64,000 nt of DNA from Octopus bimaculoides. Its lineage: Eukaryota. A program made the position numbers and the translations under genes. The stretch is taken from contig NC_068982.1 in the NCBI RefSeq assembly GCF_001194135.2, positions 161,852,383-161,916,382 on the forward strand, in the 5' to 3' direction. Shown in pieces: positions 61,610 to 64,000 of this stretch. Positions within the stretch are counted from its first letter, which is position 1. Each line of letters opens with the position of its first letter. The notes under the pieces were generated by a model, which worked only from the letters and a program-made list of their open reading frames with translations, searched no databases and was not told the origin of the DNA.

Positions 61610-62001
61610 ACTGACCAATATATTTGAACTTGGTCTTGGATTGTGACATAGATTGTCAGTAAGATCTTTTTAGAATTGAAATATAAATTTAAAAGCTATG
61701 ATTTTGATATAAGTCATATATTTATTTTGAAAATAGGAATAAATATAAGACTTTGTGATAATTGAAAAAATGATTGAGGAAAACTACCCAATAAAACAAA
61801 ATAAAATGTAAACAAAATGCACCTCCAGCTGCGAATACATTTATTTTTTAATGTATGCATTTGGTTTGCTTCCTTTAGGTGATTGATTGGCTTGATAACC
61901 ATGGTGATGTTTTCCTGAAGAAAAATACATCTATAGGAAAAACTTTGCAAAGGGCTAAAGCTTTACAAAAGAGCCACGAGCATTTTGAATCTGTTGGACA
62001 A
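21500..62001 (+). CDS. Trio: Trio/Kalirin-family Rho guanine-nucleotide exchange factor, partial gene (12 exons; Sec14/CRAL-TRIO domain plus N-terminal spectrin repeats)
   Basis: Manual splicing of 12 exons with canonical AG/GT ends and matching phases gives a stop-free frame of about 545 aa. It is colinear with the TRIO/Kalirin N-terminus as I recall it (GGRxKxGGPILTFP...DMRGS.W..VKP.LK.LQE.FP...IIKP..FW.KQRT..GS.K..FE...; ...VLDVIH.VL.HQR.LE..W..KKV.LHQRL.L..FQQDV.QV.DW..NHG..FL.K.T..GK.L.RA.ALQK.HE.FE.V.Q). Confidence 0.96.
21748..23785 (-). mobile_element. RTE-clade LINE (family A), 5'-truncated ~2-kb copy with RT domain, 3' UTR tandem array and (GAT)n tail
   Basis: Minus-strand RT relics: NNYRGIKLLDQVMKV, FGFVPRKSTTDAIF, AFIDMEKAFD, VHQGSVLSPL, LYADDLAL (near 23119-23145), MLHGSETWAV...LCWYGHVLR; (ATC)n at 21748. 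Confidence 0.92.
24422..24623. mobile_element. piggyBac-like MITE with TTAA ends
   Basis: TTAACCTTTTTGATACC ... GGTAACAAATAGGTTAA inverted ends (2 mismatches in 17). Confidence 0.7.
26570..27186 (+). mobile_element. RTE family A 3' end (about 4 units)
   Basis: Reverse complement of the 1923-2520 arrangement, ending ACGTTAAATGATGATGATGAT. Confidence 0.85.
28990..29357 (-). mobile_element. RTE family A 3' fragment with internal deletion of the unit array
   Basis: Conserved block joined almost directly to the GTCTCACTTGG...CACCACCTCATCCCA segment. Confidence 0.78.
29618..29708 (+). CDS. Trio: Trio exon: (S)DDVREQGFTIILDMRGSTWQTVKPILKALQ
   Basis: ttttcttctag| acceptor, CAG|gtgagt donor, 91 nt, phase 2 to 0. 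Confidence 0.95.
29818..30166. mobile_element. Degenerate piggyBac-like MITE
   Basis: TTAACTCTTTCAGTAC ... AGAAATATGGTCACAAAGGGTTGA; right end resembles that of 24422-24623. Confidence 0.5.
30404..30505 (+). CDS. Trio: Trio exon: ECFPGNIQMAFIIKPEKFWEKQRTSLGSAKYNFE
   Basis: tttcttctcag| acceptor, GAA|gtgagt donor, 102 nt, phase 0-0. Confidence 0.95.
30736..30849 (+). CDS. Trio: Trio exon: TNMLSVDNLSKFIDSSQLTREFDGTLDYDHEQWIQLRL (end of Sec14)
   Basis: ttttttccag| acceptor, TTG|gtaagg donor, 114 nt, phase 0-0. Confidence 0.95.
31478..32302. other. (CT)n microsatellite running into an assembly gap (N-gaps: 6080-6107, 9454-9723, 31528-32302, 34469-35172, 40760-41134, 41939-42038)
   Basis: N runs, mostly next to simple repeats; the Trio protein stays colinear across all of them, so no constitutive exon appears to be hidden. 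Confidence 0.95.
32454..32682 (+). CDS. Trio: Trio exon: MLEEFIWKALDLL...KAPVEQLTMEGHHILKTITGEEDNLS(G) (spectrin repeat)
   Basis: tttctgtgtag| acceptor, TCTG|gtgaat donor, 229 nt, phase 0 to 1; overlaps ORF-track 32454..32702. Confidence 0.93.
34135..35510 (-). mobile_element. RTE family A copy, young and CpG-rich, interrupted by an assembly gap
   Basis: (CAT)n tail, CGTTTAACGTCCGCTTTCCATGC head and ~65-bp units before the gap; the RT segment after the gap closely matches 22600-22920. Confidence 0.88.
35690..36030. repeat. Degenerate ~22-bp array of GCTGAGYA...ACTCAT units
   Basis: Recurrent (T)GCTGAG(T/C)A and (T)ACTCAT motifs. Confidence 0.5.
36293..36477 (+). CDS. Trio: Trio exon: (G)SSHKLFVISGNADFQSAVPQISHLLDNLQSTKQHLNQLWINKKARLEQCLQLRVFENDVEK
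   Basis: ttttctttcag| acceptor, AAG|gtactg donor, 185 nt, phase 1 to 0; overlaps ORF-track 36313..36537. Confidence 0.93.
37040..37988 (+). mobile_element. RTE family A copy: RT C-terminus plus internally triplicated 3' UTR
   Basis: CACTGGATGTGCAATGTCAGTGTG...GGTGTGCAAG RT end; three GCCTCAC.GAGGCAATGA..GAGACC.TTGGCA blocks; (GAT)n end. Confidence 0.82.
38782..38904 (+). CDS. Trio: Trio exon: MFEWISHNRDMFLINYTEIGPTHQMALDLDQEHNQFAASAM
   Basis: ttgtttgtcag| acceptor, ATG|gtaagt donor, 123 nt, phase 0-0. Confidence 0.95.
41320..41938 (-). mobile_element. Cluster of about three degenerate family-B SINE copies in tandem (further minus copies near 14490-14650, 39125-39280, 40110-40250, 52030-52160)
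   Basis: Repeated reverse complement of the core (CTGGTAC.TATTTTAT.GAC.C.GAAAGGATGAAAG.CAAAGTTGAC...GAATTTGAACTCAGAA), separated by (AAT)n. Confidence 0.7.
42039..42262 (+). mobile_element. R4/Dong-like (restriction-like endonuclease) non-LTR element 3' end with (TAA)n tail
   Basis: DIDKWLKEIEIECLVEFIQKVFILGTSRIIRKILSI* matches the QK..LLGTARI.RKVL C-terminal motif; flanked by AAT repeats. Confidence 0.65.
42263..42765. repeat. Unclassified ~500-bp putative interspersed element bounded by (AAT)n tracts
   Basis: Non-AT-rich block delimited on both sides by AAT microsatellite; no coding motif recognised. Confidence 0.4.
43850..44760 (-). mobile_element. Older RTE LINE ORF2 fragment (region upstream of the RT core)
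   Basis: MIKGAIKDMKAGK...EILKISGE...IINYYKGNRIAQARNNCRG resembles the family A segment at 23580-23780. Confidence 0.7.
45620..46090 (-). mobile_element. Second RTE family, RT C-terminal fragment
   Basis: Reverse complement matches 14740-15100 (GTAATGACTGAAAG.GTAT...GGCCAAAATGGGG.TCTT.CAAA.GATCTCTGGAGTAA). Confidence 0.75.
46365..46530. repeat. Compound (TAC/TAT/TGC)n triplet tract
   Basis: Read directly; explains the poly-Y and poly-L ORFs in the track. Confidence 0.9.
46760..47050 (+). mobile_element. Possible APE-endonuclease fragment of a CR1/L2-like LINE
   Basis: KPCIPFLSETQI...PGYSVCLKFAPKGG resembles the LFLxETQ...PxY...KGG motif pattern. Confidence 0.4.
47290..49140 (-). mobile_element. 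CR1/L2 (Jockey-group) LINE RT fragments split by the RTE insertion
   Basis: WKCALLCSIPKKGNHSDPTNYLLIAFTS and LLYINDLIAATSNNTHTYAEDMT in the ORF track. Confidence 0.7.
48050..48670 (-). mobile_element. RTE family A copy with 5 units joined directly to the RT C-terminus, nested in an older CR1/L2-like element
   Basis: ORF-track 48448..48678 (-) KLARNEASMLRWMCNVSVH...RCGVQER; units spaced about 66 bp from 48215. Confidence 0.85.
56041..56232 (+). CDS. Trio: Trio exon: DMYMNINRILGVAQRLCDTGHYGANEIRQQASKLERDWKTLAAAVDDRSTVLSMSVIFHKRAEQ
   Basis: tttcttttttaaag| acceptor, CAG|gttagc donor, 192 nt, phase 0-0; follows a 17.1-kb intron. Confidence 0.95.
57841..57972 (+). CDS. Trio: Trio exon: YLAQVHEWRLACESPQIPSSIKDLEEALQQHQTLIETISQAYAE
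   Basis: caattcag| acceptor, GAG|gtaagt donor, 132 nt, phase 0-0. Confidence 0.94.
58554..58682 (+). CDS. Trio: Trio exon: VCADGKALLDTLQTPVTSSSNNSITAKADYSEAAGHVLDVIHD
   Basis: tatcctgtag| acceptor, GAT|gtaagt donor, 129 nt, phase 0-0. Confidence 0.94.
59190..59900 (-). mobile_element. Highly degenerate LINE RT fragment (RTE-like)
   Basis: Minus-strand ADDLLI relic near 59420-59450 and a weak F.P..GT...AL relic near 59850. Confidence 0.45.
60930..61375. repeat. ~20-bp minisatellite with ~173-bp higher-order duplication
   Basis: Unit CTAAATACTGTACCACATGT; the CACAAGAATAAAAATTGGATCACATTTAAAT interruption occurs at 61025 and 61198. Confidence 0.9.
61401..61502 (+). CDS. Trio: Trio exon: VLAHQRHLEHLWHNKKVKLHQRLGLRLFQQDVKQ
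   Basis: ttttctgtttcttccag| acceptor, CAG|gtacag donor, 102 nt, phase 0-0. Confidence 0.95.
61879..62001 (+). CDS. Trio: Trio exon: VIDWLDNHGDVFLKKNTSIGKTLQRAKALQKSHEHFESVGQ
   Basis: gcttcctttag| acceptor, CAA|gtaagt donor, 123 nt, phase 0-0. Confidence 0.95.
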
Positions 62002-62199
62002 GTAAGTTAAGTTTTAATTTTTACTCACAATGCAGACATATACATGTGTACACGTGCACACACACACACAGATACATGTTTCATTTAATATACACAGTAT
62101 TTAAATATGAGCTACTAATAGTTTTATGCAGTGGAAACACTATAATTCACCAGATTTATATATCATGCCTTGTGTCTCCAAGTAATGTGTCTATTAAAT

Positions 62200-62495
62200 C
62201 AGGGGTTTTCAAACTTTTTGACTTGCGGACCCCTTTATATTTCAGGCTTTACCTTAGGAACCCCCTTATAAACGCTTATGAAATTTATACATAAATATTT
62301 GCTTAAAATAACATATTTTTACATTTATTTATTTAACAGTATTTAACAAAATAGGTTTATTGTCAATTAAAAGATTTCGATTAAAAAACATATATAAAAT
62401 CAAATTGCCCATAAAAAGTATTTGCTGTCCACGGATCCCCTGTCTTGTCCTTGCGGACCCCCTGTGGTCCGCGGACCACAGTTTGAAAACCCCTG
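62200..62495. mobile_element. hAT-type MITE (296 bp)
   Basis: Perfect 16-bp TIR CAGGGGTTTTCAAACT / AGTTTGAAAACCCCTG, perfect 8-bp TSD TATTAAAT (62192-62199, 62496-62503), subterminal GCGGACC motifs and 20-bp palindrome CTGTGGTCCGCGGACCACAG. Confidence 0.93.
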
Positions 62496-62830
62496 TATTA
62501 AATGATCTGTATCTCTCACTGGCTGGATTACTTTTTTTGTTGATCTTACTAATCACAGCACAGGAAATTACATATATTTGTATGCATAAGTGAACAAACC
62601 TACCAATCATTGTCAAAATGTCTTGTTAATTAAATTGTAATTCGACCAATAAGTTCATTGTTTAAGATGAAAATGTTTTCTTTTTTCAGTGTTTACATCT
62701 ACACAATATATTGATTAGTTTTCACTGGAGATGTAATTAGTACCAGACTGGATTTGAACTAAAAACCTATATTTTTAAACTAAGAGTAATAACGTATGTG
62801 TCACTTGTGTAGGGAAAATGATTATTACCC

Positions 62831-63020
62831 ATAGGTTAGGTGGCAAGGTGGACGGAACGTTGAGCGGTGTTTTGCCCATCACTACAGTCTGAGTTCAAAT
62901 TCCACCGTGGTCAACTTTACCTTTCGTCCTTTCAGGATTGATAAATTTAGTACCAGTAAAACACTGGGATTTATGTAATCAACTAGTTCCTTCCCCACAA
63001 ATTTCAGGCCTTATGCCTTT
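62831..63020 (+). mobile_element. tRNA-type SINE family B with 10-bp TSD
   Basis: TSD ATTATTACCC at 62821-62830 and 63021-63030; family core present. Confidence 0.8.
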
Positions 63021-64000
63021 ATTATTACCCTTAGCTAAGAATTCAGCTATTTCTCATGTGTTGTTCTTGCATATAACTGATTGGTAGCCTAATTGTTAAA
63101 GAATATTATTACTTAGTTAAGAAATAGAGTTCCTAATCTGATACTATGTACACATCTAGGAATAGGACATCAGACAATGATTGGAGATTGAACTGATCAA
63201 AACAAAGTAGGTGTAAACGTTAATTAATCCCTATATATATTTTAATATGAGTATTTGCAACCTGATTAATCAATTATATATTTAAAACTTTAGGACGTCT
63301 TCCCCTCATTGTGGATTTAAAAAAAAAATTTTATGTATTCATTTTTTCCCATTGTTGCTGAAATACTTTGGGTTAGTTTAGGTACTTAATGACATTTCTT
63401 ACTGAAAATATCTTCTTCCTTTTCTCACTGAAATAATGTCTGTTTTTACCCTTTGATGACAAACTTGAGAGTAAGTAACAGATATCATTGCCACATGTAG
63501 GGTGAATTTTAAACTCCAAAACTTTCTTGATTAACATAGCAATTATAATAATTATAACAAGAAAATAATAATTTCTAAAATAAGAACAAAGCAACAAATT
63601 TTAAGAGAGGGTATAGTTTCTCTCTCCTCTTCTTATCGTAGGCACAAGGCCATGCATTGTTAAGAAGGGTTTAGTTGTTTAGATTGGTCCCTGTAGTTGA
63701 CTGGAAGTATTTTTTTTCCTAACCACAGAAAGACTAAAATCAAAATCATTGTCAAGAAGATTGGGACTCAGAAAGTAAATATGCCAAAGTATCTAATCTA
63801 ACATTCTTATGCATTAACTTTATTTGAGTAAATATAAATTGTTAAATGATTTCAATAGATTTCTCAATGGAAATACTTCATTCTTTGTTTATATATATCA
63901 GTGATAAATTTTAACTGTATTATGTGAATTTAGGTTATATCTTAGCAGTGGCATTTAGTGTTCTAATATTGAAGTGTGGAAACAATCCTCCAGTATTTGA

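Overview
AT-rich, repeat-dense animal genomic DNA, most likely an Octopus (coleoid cephalopod) draft scaffold; this is inferred from the repeat families, the microsatellite load and a mollusc-type 5S sequence. There are six N-gaps. One protein-coding gene spans the window on the + strand: a Trio/Kalirin-family Rho-GEF. Twelve GT-AG exons (21500-62001, 1637 nt, about 545 codons) splice into one uninterrupted frame encoding the Sec14/CRAL-TRIO domain and the first spectrin repeats. The first exon(s) lie upstream of the window and the GEF domains downstream. The rest is intronic: about 15 fragments of an RTE-clade LINE whose 3' end has a (GAT)n tail and a variable array of ~65-bp hairpin units, other RTE/BovB, CR1/L2-like, R4/Dong-like and possible Penelope-like fragments, tRNA-type SINEs, a dead mariner with nested insertions, hAT and piggyBac-like MITEs, a Helentron-type non-autonomous element, and mini/microsatellites. 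The best second-look items are a 5S rRNA-SINE chimera inserted as one unit with a shared TSD, a near-perfect 74-nt fold-back hairpin, a candidate in-frame 36-nt cassette exon, inverted LINE pairs around Trio exons, and an exon whose acceptor doubles as a consensus donor. No novel multi-gene system is supported by the sequence alone.
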